In this document: positions 36,140-46,089 of the stretch, in pieces | Numbering within the stretch: position 1 is the first letter of the stretch | How the letters are laid out: each line of letters opens with the position of its first letter | Translations under genes and position numbers: made by a program | Notes under the pieces: generated by a model | What the model was told of the DNA's origin: nothing | The model's database searches: none | The model's input: only the letters and a program-made list of their open reading frames with translations | Assembly (NCBI GenBank): GCA_035289485.1 | Contig: DATDXA010000031.1 | Span: forward strand, 27,807 to 91,806 | Reading direction: 5' to 3' | Source of the DNA: an archaeon | GTDB lineage: Archaea > Iainarchaeota > Iainarchaeia > Iainarchaeales > Iainarchaeaceae | Length of the DNA: 64,000 nt

Positions 36140-36544
36140 ATGTGTATTAGTATCAATAAGTTCTCATTTCTAGAAGGGGTGATTGTATTGGCTTTCATGG
36201 AAAAGCTTATTGGAAAGAGAGACGAACTTGATATTGAGGATTTCCTCAACAATCTAGATACCGAGGAAGAAAATCCGTACGAGGATGCGGAGGCTTTTGT
36301 AAAGCCCATAACCTTGCAAACAGAACACGACAAGGATGTGGTGCTAGAAGAGGCAAAGAAGGGCAACATATTGCTCATAAACATAGCCGACCTCTCAAAA
36401 CGGAACGCTATGAAGCTAAAGGAACTCGTAACCGCCATAAGGGCAGGAATAGAGGACATTGACGGGGATGTTGCAAGAATTTCACAGGATAGAATCATAG
36501 TAACTCCCGCAAAGGTCAAGATAATTAAGAGAAAGGAAGAGTAA
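36140..36544 (+). CDS. sepF: SepF-like cell-division protein (DUF552), likely start at MEKLIG about 36197
   Basis: The C-terminal domain ...KKGNILLINIADLSKRNAMKLKELVTAIRAGIEDIDGDVARISQDRIIVTPAKVKII matches the SepF fold pattern. Confidence 0.6.
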   Translation: MCISINKFSFLEGVIVLAFMEKLIGKRDELDIEDFLNNLDTEEENPYEDAEAFVKPITLQTEHDKDVVLEEAKKGNILLINIADLSKRNAMKLKELVTAIRAGIEDIDGDVARISQDRIIVTPAKVKIIKRKEE

Positions 36545-36556
36545 ACAGTGAAGTGA

Positions 36557-37372
36557 ATGCTTCTGGAGAAACCAGCCTTTTCGCCTGCGCTGAACGCAGC
36601 GGATGCCGAACGGGCGGTTTCCTCATTGCTTAAAAAAAATCACTGGAATAAATACGACTTCTCGGGGAAGGAAATATTCTACATCCCCTATTGGTTTTTT
36701 TCATACGACATTTACGAACAGGTAGAGAAGAAAACAAATCATCTCTCAAGCGGCTTCAATTCTTTAAACGCATTCTCAAACGAGTTTGATAAGAGCATTG
36801 CAGCGCTCACGCACGATTCGGACGCCAAGAAAAAAAACGAGCTTGACGATGCGGCAAACGTTCATGTTGTGAGCCCGCGCCTAAGTGAGGATGAGGCAAG
36901 GGGAATAATTTCTGTTCGCCTCGCATCAAATGAGGGGACTTCAAAAGAGCACGTGATAATTTCGGGCCTTGCGATGTTTTTCGTTCCAATCTGGCTTATT
37001 GGCGTGAGCATTAGCAAGAAAAAAATTTCCCTGCGCGTGAACGCCGTGAATGGCGACATTGAAAACGCAAAAGCTGTTCCAAGGCGCGAGAAAGGCTTCT
37101 CAGAACTTACAGCTGAAGTTCTTGAAGAGCTCAAAACTCCCGCGGGCTGGATTGAATACTCAACTGGCGCTGTGGGGATGATTTCAGATGCAATTGCGGG
37201 TATTGCCAAGAGCTCTGTGCAATCAAAGAAAAAAAATAAATTTTCCGTATCCGGAAAAATCAGCTTTTCAGCCGGCGAAGAGGCGCCAAGCATTTCCAAC
37301 AATGACATTCAGGTAATAATTCTCGCGATGGTTGCGATAATTATTATTTTGTGGGCGATTTACAGGTTCTGA
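36557..37372 (+). CDS. Hypothetical protein with central and C-terminal TM helices, immediately downstream of sepF
   Basis: 271 aa, no recognised family. C-terminal helix IQVIILAMVAIIIILWAIY. Confidence 0.45.
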   Translation: MLLEKPAFSPALNAADAERAVSSLLKKNHWNKYDFSGKEIFYIPYWFFSYDIYEQVEKKTNHLSSGFNSLNAFSNEFDKSIAALTHDSDAKKKNELDDAANVHVVSPRLSEDEARGIISVRLASNEGTSKEHVIISGLAMFFVPIWLIGVSISKKKISLRVNAVNGDIENAKAVPRREKGFSELTAEVLEELKTPAGWIEYSTGAVGMISDAIAGIAKSSVQSKKKNKFSVSGKISFSAGEEAPSISNNDIQVIILAMVAIIIILWAIYRF

Positions 37373-37387
37373 AAAAACAGTTCGGCA

Positions 37388-38026
37388 TTATTTTCGCATT
37401 TTTATTCCAGTTCCCGAGAGCTTAGCGGGAATGCCTAATGAAGATGCAACTTCTAATAAATATTCAAAGTTCCAAGTTTGTGTTATATATGCCTCTCCAC
37501 CCGGTTTTAAAATTTCGTAAATGTTTGACAGTGAACTTCTCGAATCTCCGCCCCAATCAACTCCACCTCTAGTCGAAACAACCAAATGAAAGCGATTCTT
37601 CCCAAAACGGCGTGCCAAATCATGCACGGATACTTTGTGAAAATTCGGCTGGCTATGCCTGTCAACCAAATCAGAATTCGTGATTCTTATTCCTTTCTCA
37701 CTTGCAAGTTCAGCGGCAAAAGAGCTTTCTCCGCATCCTTCATTGAGTATTTCGATTCTTTGTTTTGGAAAACGCGCTTTTAATGTGCCAACTTTTTTCC
37801 TGAAATTTACCCCGTGGTCTCTCTGAATTTTTTCCAAGTTACGCCTATACTCTCCAATATTTCCATTTGGTCCATACCGCATAACAAAATCTTTTGCCGC
37901 GTCTATTTCCCCTTCACGCCTTCCAGCTTTGCTTCTAACATAAGCCCTTCTGCGGGCGTATTGGTCCGGCTTTCTTCTAGGGCTTGGCATGAACACACAA
38001 CCATTTTGCGATATTAAAATTATCAC
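37388..38026 (-). CDS. Class I SAM-dependent methyltransferase (substrate unknown)
   Basis: Motif I EILNEGCGESSFAAELA and motif post-I IRITNSDLVD. 212 aa. Confidence 0.6.
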   Translation of the reverse strand: MIILISQNGCVFMPSPRRKPDQYARRRAYVRSKAGRREGEIDAAKDFVMRYGPNGNIGEYRRNLEKIQRDHGVNFRKKVGTLKARFPKQRIEILNEGCGESSFAAELASEKGIRITNSDLVDRHSQPNFHKVSVHDLARRFGKNRFHLVVSTRGGVDWGGDSRSSLSNIYEILKPGGEAYITQTWNFEYLLEVASSLGIPAKLSGTGIKMRK

Positions 38027-41000
38027 ACATACTCAAACAAACTCTTCTGCCGCACCTTGTCATTTGTGAACACGGAATTAATTTCCTTTTCCACAAGCTC
38101 AATTCTCTGCTTGAGATAGGCGCTCAAAGAATATTCGCGTATGAGGCTCTTTGCAATTGTCAAATATTTCTTAACAGATCCTTGCGCTATTGTAAGTATC
38201 AGCGTTTCCTCTCCGCACTTTGTGCATTTCCCAATGAGCGGTATGCGCCTGAATTTTTCATTGCACTTGCTGCACCTAATCACCTGGCGCGAAAACGAGC
38301 GCGCATTCCCAATAATATCCGGAAGGAAATGGCTCATTAGCACCCTCTCAAGCGCGTCCTTTTTTTCAACCGCGCGGATTTTTCCCTGCACCGCCGCCTG
38401 CGCGTGGATTTTTTCCTCCATTGATTTGAATGTGATGTAGCTGGATTCTTTTGGCCCCTCATCAAAGAGCGCGGTTTCATGCGTGTAAAAAAATCCCCTG
38501 TACTGCCCGTCCTTTCCTATTTTTGCCTTTATTATCGGAACAGATGAAAGTTCCGGGTCGCTTAGAAGCATGCTCTTTTCATATAGTTCAAGCGGGTACT
38601 CACGGCACGTTTCAACCTCATACACCTCATCATCAATTTCCTGCGGATTTATTGCAACCGAGAACACAAGAGGCGCATCCATTCTTCCGCCCCTGGTTGA
38701 TGGGAGATAGAGCCTTGAGAAATTCAAAAGCGCATCCATTAGAAGCATTATCGAATCCTGGTCGCCGTCCGCATTCCTTCTTTTCGCGAGATGGAAATAC
38801 GGATGAGCGAAATTAACTTTCGCCTTTGTGTATCCAATTATCCTGCAAACAACTCCTGCCGATGTGTGCGGCGCAAGCCCCAAAAACAAATCTCCGACAA
38901 GCTCCTCTTTTGTCGTAATATTATAGTAAGGCGCCATCCCGTAAAATCTTTCAAGCTCCTCATCAACAAATTTTGAAACGCGCACGAAAAAATCCCCCGC
39001 GTCCTCATTTACAACCATATCCTGTACAAAAATCTCACACATCTGCGTATCGCTAACAAGCTCTTTTCCCTCAAAATCAAGCGTGTACCCAAGCTCGTGC
39101 GCCTTCTCAACGCTCAGCCCTATTTCTTTTGGCTTGAAGTGCGTTAGCGGAGCATTCAATAGCTCAAATCTAATTGTTGCATCCCTGAAAATGTGCAGAT
39201 TCTGGCGCGCGCGAAGTATCCCTTTCTCAATGGGTTCTGGCATCTTATCCGCATTTATGAGCCCTTTCACTCCCTTCACAAGTGCTGGCGGGCTAAGCCC
39301 GAGATTTTTTGCGGCTTCAGTGAAAATTTTGCGCACATCCACTTTTCTGCTGCTAAAACCCGATGTTTCCGAGCCGCATTTTGTGCAGATTTCCGCTTTT
39401 CCAAACTTCCCGCATTTTTTGCACTTTCTTGCGGATTCATTCCTGCTAGAAGTCGCATGCGAATACGGTTGCTCCTCCACATTTTCAGTTTTCGTGTTGA
39501 TAAAGTAGGCAACTTCCGCTTCCACGCTCCCATAATTTTCCGCGGCCTTGTTAATTGAGCGTATGCTCCCTCCAGCTGTTCCTATCGGAAAGAGAGTCAT
39601 CGGGTCCCCGACCATTTTTCGCGGCTTTGCAGCCTCTGGGCGGCCCATTCTGCATCCAACAAAGGTTCCCGCTTTATCCATTATTTTCATGCCCGAAAGC
39701 GCGGAGAGCATTTCAAGGACCGTTGAATCTTTTTTGGGCTCCTCTTCATTTGTGCCGCCAAAAGTTTTGAAAAACGAATAAGCATATTCATGCCCAATCA
39801 CAATCGCCCCTTCACGCAGCTTGTGCGGCAGCCCGATTTTTTCAAGGAGCGCCTTGTTCTCCGCACTGCCGGAGAGCAAGAGCTCATCGATTTCGGTTCC
39901 TGAAAAAACTTTCTCGCAAGAGCGCACCTGCCCGATTAGAAACGCCGCTTCTTCCGAAGTTAGCGCAGTATAATAGTGCAGGTACTTGGGGTGCAGCGCA
40001 ATTCCCGTCTGCAATGAGAGTTCTACTGCGGTGTTCTGGTCAACCGAATTCGGGTTTGCAAGCATCGGCCCGAAATCAAACGCATTTTCCTTCCCTGTCT
40101 GTTCGGACGCGATATTTCGCAGCTCAAGCATCCACCACTCCTCACAATATCCCGCTGGCATCAGAGGGTGCGCTGTCTTTCTAAAATCCCCAAGCGCTAT
40201 TAGCATGTCCCCTAAAAATATTATTTCCTTCACAGCAGCCCTCATCTTAATTGCTTCCGCAGCAGATGAAATTTTTCGCACTTCCCCGTCCACAAGCTTT
40301 ACTATGGGGCCTTCGATGCTATCAACCGGAAACATCTCGGCGCTCTTTCCCGGCCGCTCCATTTTCGTTTGCGTCCCAACCGCCAAAAAATCATCAAGAA
40401 GATGCATAGAAGCCGGGTGGATTCCCTTTGCCATTATGCATGTGTTTCTTGCCCTTCCATACCGCAGCCGAAAGCCTCCATATTTTGAGGGGTATGAAAA
40501 AATCGGCCTTCCCGCCGCAATCCTTGAAAGATAATTGAAATTCGGCTTCACTTCCTTTTCCTTGCCGCTTGAGCCCTTGCCGATTTTTATTATCTCCTCA
40601 AGCCAGTTCCAGTTCAATCCAAGCATTTTTGCAAATGTCATTATTTTCATGGCCTTTAGCCCGACACCTTCCGAAATCACAAGGCACATTCCGCCGCGCA
40701 CCCTGTTTGAGGGAATCCTCTCAAGGTCTTTGTGGTTATTCACTTCGCGCTCCTCAGTTGGCTCTCCGTTAACGCACACCGGGCAGCCGCGCACAATCTT
40801 TCGCACCTCATCATCTTTGAGCTTGTACTGCCTTGTGATGATTTCATCGTAGATATTTATTTCCTCAACATATCTCTCCACTTCGTCCTCTGTTGGCTTG
40901 TAGCGGTCAAGCCCCATAAGCGACCTTGCATAATCGCCCAAAATCAGCGGGAACACTGTTGCGGTTCCACCAGCCGCCCTAATCGGCCCTGCAAAATAAA

Positions 41001-41442
41001 TGTCGACGTATTTGCTGCCATCAGGGTTTTTGCTTATTTTAATTTTGGGCACCCCGTCAAGCGGCGCTACAACAACCCCCTCCGTTACAAGCACAAGGCA
41101 TGTTTTCACCGCCTGCTCAAGCCTTTTTTCCGCATCCGGAATCTTCACAAGCTTTTCTTCAATGATTTCGCGAAAGAGCTGGAAAATTGCCCTGTTGCGG
41201 TCTCCCTTGAACTCTTCCCAGAGTTCCCTGTAGCGCTTTGCAACTCCTTTTGGGCCTATGATGTTCTCTGTCCTGTCCGCAAGGTCAAGTGTAGGGGGGC
41301 ACTCGACTTCAAGAGCCACATCCTTTCCAATGGCGCGCGCCTGCGATGCGATTGAGTACTGCCTATCCACGCGCTTTTTTATGGATTCGAAATAATTTTT
41401 TGTGGCAGAATCCGCCTTCACTTCAAGCTTCACTTCAGTCAT
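38023..41442 (-). CDS. DNA polymerase D (family D) large catalytic subunit DP2
   Basis: 1139 aa. N-terminal region conserved with PolD DP2 proteins, Zn-finger cysteine clusters (CKKCGKFGKAEICTKCG; CSKCNEKFRRIPLIGKCTKCG). Overlaps the DP1 gene by 4 nt. No intein. Confidence 0.9.
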   Translation of the reverse strand: MTEVKLEVKADSATKNYFESIKKRVDRQYSIASQARAIGKDVALEVECPPTLDLADRTENIIGPKGVAKRYRELWEEFKGDRNRAIFQLFREIIEEKLVKIPDAEKRLEQAVKTCLVLVTEGVVVAPLDGVPKIKISKNPDGSKYVDIYFAGPIRAAGGTATVFPLILGDYARSLMGLDRYKPTEDEVERYVEEINIYDEIITRQYKLKDDEVRKIVRGCPVCVNGEPTEEREVNNHKDLERIPSNRVRGGMCLVISEGVGLKAMKIMTFAKMLGLNWNWLEEIIKIGKGSSGKEKEVKPNFNYLSRIAAGRPIFSYPSKYGGFRLRYGRARNTCIMAKGIHPASMHLLDDFLAVGTQTKMERPGKSAEMFPVDSIEGPIVKLVDGEVRKISSAAEAIKMRAAVKEIIFLGDMLIALGDFRKTAHPLMPAGYCEEWWMLELRNIASEQTGKENAFDFGPMLANPNSVDQNTAVELSLQTGIALHPKYLHYYTALTSEEAAFLIGQVRSCEKVFSGTEIDELLLSGSAENKALLEKIGLPHKLREGAIVIGHEYAYSFFKTFGGTNEEEPKKDSTVLEMLSALSGMKIMDKAGTFVGCRMGRPEAAKPRKMVGDPMTLFPIGTAGGSIRSINKAAENYGSVEAEVAYFINTKTENVEEQPYSHATSSRNESARKCKKCGKFGKAEICTKCGSETSGFSSRKVDVRKIFTEAAKNLGLSPPALVKGVKGLINADKMPEPIEKGILRARQNLHIFRDATIRFELLNAPLTHFKPKEIGLSVEKAHELGYTLDFEGKELVSDTQMCEIFVQDMVVNEDAGDFFVRVSKFVDEELERFYGMAPYYNITTKEELVGDLFLGLAPHTSAGVVCRIIGYTKAKVNFAHPYFHLAKRRNADGDQDSIMLLMDALLNFSRLYLPSTRGGRMDAPLVFSVAINPQEIDDEVYEVETCREYPLELYEKSMLLSDPELSSVPIIKAKIGKDGQYRGFFYTHETALFDEGPKESSYITFKSMEEKIHAQAAVQGKIRAVEKKDALERVLMSHFLPDIIGNARSFSRQVIRCSKCNEKFRRIPLIGKCTKCGEETLILTIAQGSVKKYLTIAKSLIREYSLSAYLKQRIELVEKEINSVFTNDKVRQKSLFEYV

Positions 41443-42980
41443 TGCCCGTCCCCTGATTCATTAGCCGCGCCAAAATTATTCTCAGTAAGCCGCCTGGTTT
41501 TGAGGTTGATATCAATTGCAATACCCGGAGTTGGCACAAGCCCCTCTCTTATCTGGTACTCCGTTCTTCCCTGCCAGCAGCCCGCATTTGCAACCATGCA
41601 CCCGCGGTACTGCGCGTACCCTTTGATGTGCATATCCCCGCCAAAATAATAATCCGGCTCCTCTCGAATCACCATGTAATCCCTCTTCTCAGGAACATAC
41701 GGCTGCGTTAGCCCAAAACCAGTTGATAAATCCCGCTTGCGCAAAAGCTCAACCATTGCCTGCGCGGGTTCCCTATAGCTTAGATGCTTAGTGGCAGCAA
41801 TCATGTCATGAAAAGAAGCGCCGTGATAAATCATGCATTTCATTCCCTCAAGTTCAACCCAGCTTGGCGAACCCACAAAATGCATATTCTTCATCGCATG
41901 CATCTCCTTTGCAAATTCCTCTGGTATTGCAGGCTGCGGATCAGCCCTTCTCACGGCGTCGTGCTGGCCTGGGCACATAAAAATTTCAATGTACTCGGGG
42001 ATTTGCGAAATCACTTCAGTTAACTTTTCATACTGCTCGTAAATATCCTTGATTTCAAGCTCATCATACTGCTCCGGATAAATTCCCACGCCATCCACAT
42101 TGTCCCCTGCAATCACAAGGTATTTTATTTTTCCAACGCGCGCGATTTCCTTCTCGCCGCTCACATTTCCATTTAGCCATGAGATAAATTTTGAAAATTC
42201 CTTTTCCATAAACAGCCGGCTTCCCATGTGTATGTCTGAAATTAGGCACACACTCAAATCGCGCTCTGAACTGCGCGGCGAGCGCTGCATGATTTCGGGC
42301 CACAAAAAAGATTTCGCAATAATCATCTCATCTGAGAACGCCTTTCCCTTAACCCCGATAACATCATCTAGCAGAATTTTTGCGCTGTCGCGGCTTGTTT
42401 CAAGATGCTCTTTGGAAACAACCACAAGGCATCTTCCCTCGGGGCTATCCAGTTCGATTATAGTGTTGCCGTTTTTGCTCACCCACTTTTCAACAACCAT
42501 TCCTATGAGATCAATTTCGGCATATTTTGCAAGGCCCTTTAGCCTGTCAAAAGTTTTCGGAGAAAACCCGGGGCGGTGCGCAAGAAGCGAGTGCAGGAAT
42601 GTGTACTTGTCGCGAAAATAGCCAAGAAAGTCCTTAATTTTCCCTTCGCTTGCGCTCTTATTCGTCACTTCATATTCTTCCATTACCCGAAAATCCGCTT
42701 CAACATCTTTGGCAAGCGCGTTGAAGCGTGATTTTTTAACAATCACCTCTTCTTTTACGCTCCCAAGTTTCGAGTCATGCTTTACAAGATTTTGCTTTAC
42801 CTTTTCAGCGGAGATTATGGGCTCTTCAATGCCCTCAATTATTTCCTTCCAGTGCTCCTCTGCTTCAAGAAGCCCAATGGATTCGCGGTCTATTAGCTGC
42901 CCATTGCCTGTGCAGAATTCGACAATTTCTTTTTTACGGTTTTCAGTCAAGGTCGCGGAAGCCACACTTATCCCTTGCAT
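41439..42980 (-). CDS. DNA polymerase D small subunit DP1 (Mre11-like calcineurin phosphoesterase, 3'-5' exonuclease)
   Basis: Phosphoesterase motifs (ISDIHMGS, AGDNVDG, MCPGQHD, GDMHIKGY) and an N-terminal OB region. 513 aa. Confidence 0.9.
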   Translation of the reverse strand: MQGISVASATLTENRKKEIVEFCTGNGQLIDRESIGLLEAEEHWKEIIEGIEEPIISAEKVKQNLVKHDSKLGSVKEEVIVKKSRFNALAKDVEADFRVMEEYEVTNKSASEGKIKDFLGYFRDKYTFLHSLLAHRPGFSPKTFDRLKGLAKYAEIDLIGMVVEKWVSKNGNTIIELDSPEGRCLVVVSKEHLETSRDSAKILLDDVIGVKGKAFSDEMIIAKSFLWPEIMQRSPRSSERDLSVCLISDIHMGSRLFMEKEFSKFISWLNGNVSGEKEIARVGKIKYLVIAGDNVDGVGIYPEQYDELEIKDIYEQYEKLTEVISQIPEYIEIFMCPGQHDAVRRADPQPAIPEEFAKEMHAMKNMHFVGSPSWVELEGMKCMIYHGASFHDMIAATKHLSYREPAQAMVELLRKRDLSTGFGLTQPYVPEKRDYMVIREEPDYYFGGDMHIKGYAQYRGCMVANAGCWQGRTEYQIREGLVPTPGIAIDINLKTRRLTENNFGAANESGDGQ

Positions 42981-43246
42981 TTCTCCCTAACGGATTCGAG
43001 TTCGGAAATTATGGTCCATATTTCAGTGCGCGTGTGCGCGGGCATATTGATGTCGTTACTGATGTCTTCCATGAGATAAATCGCATTTGAAATATTCACA
43101 TCAAGCTGCGCCTCACTTGAGGTTATTTTCGCCCTTGCATCTTCACAAGCCTTGCGTATGTTTCGCGGCACTGTGGTGTCATCCATAATGGCATCCATTA
43201 GCTCGGCAATATAATCAACCCTTTCCTCAATGCTTGCTTCCTTCAT
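42968..43246 (-). CDS. UPF0147-family conserved archaeal protein
   Basis: 92 aa, helical, VPRNIRKACEDA motif resembling UPF0147. Overlaps the DP1 start by 13 nt (same operon). Confidence 0.5.
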   Translation of the reverse strand: MKEASIEERVDYIAELMDAIMDDTTVPRNIRKACEDARAKITSSEAQLDVNISNAIYLMEDISNDINMPAHTRTEIWTIISELESVREKCKG

Positions 43247-43347
43247 CTAAAACACCTCAAGTTTGGAAAGATTTGCAAATGAAAAATAAGTGCCTGCCCC
43301 AAAAAAGGCGCCGCTTGCCACTTTGTTAAAATCAGCCAACATATGCA

Positions 43348-43420
43348 TTCACTTCCACGGATAGTTCAATCCGCTTGAAATAGATTTTGCGCAAACCCAA
43401 TATAAATGCTACTGGAAGTT
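43348..43420. promoter_or_regulatory. Inverted pair of ORB-like elements (CACTTCCAC at 43350-58; CTGGAAGTT at 43412-20) flanking a 53-nt AT-rich spacer, upstream of the UPF0147-DP1-DP2 operon
   Basis: Read directly. The first element is the reverse complement of GTGGAAGTGAA found upstream of orc1. Confidence 0.35.
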
Positions 43421-43432
43421 CTAAGTTGCGGA

Positions 43433-43918
43433 TTAGTCAGTTATACTTTCCGCGTTACGCCGCAGTGTTTCAAAAACTTGCGACCTCTCCCCCTCAGATA
43501 ATACGCTTGGATTTTCTACTAAAAATCCACGTATCCTAGTAACAAACTCCCTTAAGCTACCACACTCTCTAGCCAATCTAGCTAATTTTTCATTTAGATA
43601 GGGGAGTTGGCTTTTAGATGTATGGTGAATTACTTCATTAAGGTTATAACTAAGCGGATCGTTCATAGCTTTTGCAAAGTGACCTGGCCGAATCTTTGTA
43701 ATTCGATTAAAAGCCCTTTCAAAAATTATTCCTCTTTGCTCCGGAGTTGTTGGCCAAGGAACATCTGGAAAAATTTTAAATCGCCTATCCAATGGAGTAT
43801 TACCACTAGTGCGTTTATGTTCAGGGGTCTCCCCGAACCAGCGTTTTTGGATTTTTAATTGACTCTTTAAAAAATTAATTTCGGCTGCGGTTGGATGCAG
43901 TCTGGATTTTGGCGCCAT
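43433..43918 (-). CDS. Hypothetical protein (AT-rich gene)
   Basis: 161 aa, no recognisable domain. Lower GC than the flanks. Confidence 0.4.
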   Translation of the reverse strand: MAPKSRLHPTAAEINFLKSQLKIQKRWFGETPEHKRTSGNTPLDRRFKIFPDVPWPTTPEQRGIIFERAFNRITKIRPGHFAKAMNDPLSYNLNEVIHHTSKSQLPYLNEKLARLARECGSLREFVTRIRGFLVENPSVLSEGERSQVFETLRRNAESITD

Positions 43919-43935
43919 ATTACAGTCAAATACTT

Positions 43936-44997
43936 TTACCTATTTAATAGTTCGCGATCCGAAAATCCAGTTTCCGCCCCAAAAAGCGCCTTTGCAATCG
44001 CAGCCCTTACCTCTTCTGCGCTTTGCGGGAGATTCTCCCCATCAATTAGCACTTCAAAATCAGTGAGTTCTTTGAATGCCGCCTCCATTTCCTCATTTGT
44101 TGCAATATCGGCCTTGTTTACAATCACCATTGTTTTTTTGTCGGGGAATGTCTCGTGCGTGTGCGCAAGAAGCGAAACCTGCTGCTCTAAAGGGTAGCCG
44201 CATGCAAGTGTCGGGTCGATTATGAAAACAACCGCCTTTGCAACATGCTTGATTGCAGCAAGCGCCTTCTGCTCAATAGGGTTCAAATCAGGCCTGTCCA
44301 AAAGCCCCGGAGTATCAAGCACCTGGACTTTGCGGTACTTCAAATCAAAATAACCCGTGTTTATGTGCTTTGTTGTGAAGGGAAATGGCGCGATTTTTGC
44401 TTTCGAACCTGTGAGCCGCTTTAGAAGCGTGGTCTTTCCGACATTGGGGCACCCAGCAAGCACCATTGTGGGGAGCTCAAAATCGATTGTTGGCAGTTCG
44501 CGAAGCCGCTTCGAATCTTCCTTAAGCTGGTTCATTGGCACCCGAAGTTTTTTCATAACCGAGCTGGCCCTTCCCTGAAATGATTTGAACGCAGCATTAG
44601 ATTCTCCAATCGAATTTGCAGCATACGATCTCTTGCCGTACTCATACCGCAGCCTTTTGATTATGCGTGCAGATGCGCTAAGGCGCGCGAGGTTTTGCTT
44701 AAGCCTTGTGATGTCTGAGAGAATGCTTATTAGGTCAAGATAGAAAGGGTCAAGCGCATCGATTTTGGGGAACTGCTTTGAGAGGTTAGTTAGCTTTTCA
44801 TAGAGAAATTCACCAAATGAGGCAATCTTGAGGCCGTTGAGGTTTTTTATGACCTTAAGGGGAGTTATGCCCTTGCGGCTAACGCTCAGTTTCGAGGTCA
44901 TGTGGAATGCCTGTTCTAACAATTCCTCGGCTTTTGGGAACTGATTTTCCTTTGGGCGTTCCCGTGCCTTATTTAAATGTTTTTTATCCCTTTTCAT
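43936..44997 (-). CDS. NOG1-type GTP-binding protein (Obg/HflX-like superfamily)
   Basis: NOG1 N-terminal helical domain followed by a G-domain (G1 AGCPNVGKTT, G3 DTPG, G4 NKAD). Confidence 0.8.
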   Translation of the reverse strand: MKRDKKHLNKARERPKENQFPKAEELLEQAFHMTSKLSVSRKGITPLKVIKNLNGLKIASFGEFLYEKLTNLSKQFPKIDALDPFYLDLISILSDITRLKQNLARLSASARIIKRLRYEYGKRSYAANSIGESNAAFKSFQGRASSVMKKLRVPMNQLKEDSKRLRELPTIDFELPTMVLAGCPNVGKTTLLKRLTGSKAKIAPFPFTTKHINTGYFDLKYRKVQVLDTPGLLDRPDLNPIEQKALAAIKHVAKAVVFIIDPTLACGYPLEQQVSLLAHTHETFPDKKTMVIVNKADIATNEEMEAAFKELTDFEVLIDGENLPQSAEEVRAAIAKALFGAETGFSDRELLNR

Positions 44998-46089
44998 TGG
45001 TTTACCCGCTTTAAATTGGTTTTTATGGATATAAAGAACTTCTACTCAGGCAATTATAAAAGGTATATTGTGGTGCCTGCTGCGCTACTTGTGGTTTTCC
45101 TTTTCCTCATATTTATCAATCCCGGGGTTACCCAAGGAATTGACCTAAAAGGCGGCACAAACATCATAGTGCGCTCAGATGCCCCGCTTGATGCGCAGTC
45201 TTTGCAAACAAAACTAAATTCAGAATTTAGCCTAACTGATTTGCAGATAACCCCAATTTCTTCCCCCGTAGGAAATGGCCTTTATATCCAGTATTCTGAC
45301 AACACCGAGCTTTCGGATTCCAGAACGCTTCTTGCACAGGCAAAAGAAAACCTGGAATCAAATCCGCAGGCTGCAAAATCCCTTGCAATAGAGTCGATTC
45401 AGGCTTCGGGCACGAGCGCGAACCTATTCGAACTTGAGGCCCTAAGCGCGCAAGAAGCAGTAAGCGCCGCAATCGAAACGCTTGCAGAGGCAGAAAGCGC
45501 ATTTGATGTGGAACTGCAAAAAGCAATCTCGGAAAATTACGCGCTCGGAGAGGACATAAAGTTCCAGAAAACCGTGATAGGGCCTTCACTTGGAAGCTCG
45601 TTTTTCGCACTTGCAATACAGGTGATGCTGATGGGAATGGTTCTTCTCTCCATTGTAATATTCCTCTATTTTCGGGAAATAATCACCTCGCTTACAGTCA
45701 TAGCCGCTGCAGTGTTCAACATCATTGGCTCTCTTGCTTTAATGTCAGTTTTCTCAATTCCAGTTTCCCTTACAACAATTCCCGCGCTTCTCATGATGGT
45801 CGGTTACAGTGTTGACACTGAAATTGTCATGAGTTCGAGGGTGCTCAAAAGAAAAGAGCAGACCGCAAAGGAGAGGATGAATGAGTCCCTGATAACTATT
45901 CTCACAATGAGCCTTACTGCAATCGTTGCCGTGGGCGTTATGGCTGTACTTTCCTATTTCGCCCAAGTAAATGTGATATTCCAGATTTCAATTGTGCTTT
46001 TCTTCGGGCTTGTTTCAGATTTGGTCTCAAGCACCATGCTAAATGCCCCCCTAATACTTGCACACGCTGAAAAGGAGGAGAAAAAATGA
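44977..46089 (+). CDS. secF: Protein-export membrane protein SecF
   Basis: GIDLKGGT motif after the first TM and C-terminal polytopic helices. Start likely MDIKNF (internal Met). Confidence 0.8.
   Translation: MFFIPFHWFTRFKLVFMDIKNFYSGNYKRYIVVPAALLVVFLFLIFINPGVTQGIDLKGGTNIIVRSDAPLDAQSLQTKLNSEFSLTDLQITPISSPVGNGLYIQYSDNTELSDSRTLLAQAKENLESNPQAAKSLAIESIQASGTSANLFELEALSAQEAVSAAIETLAEAESAFDVELQKAISENYALGEDIKFQKTVIGPSLGSSFFALAIQVMLMGMVLLSIVIFLYFREIITSLTVIAAAVFNIIGSLALMSVFSIPVSLTTIPALLMMVGYSVDTEIVMSSRVLKRKEQTAKERMNESLITILTMSLTAIVAVGVMAVLSYFAQVNVIFQISIVLFFGLVSDLVSSTMLNAPLILAHAEKEEKK

Noticed and set aside
43355-43380. tRNA-like T-loop string (ggatagttcaatccgc)
   Set aside because: No acceptor-stem pairing or anticodon arm could be built around it. 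It is probably just part of the AT-rich spacer between ORB-like elements.
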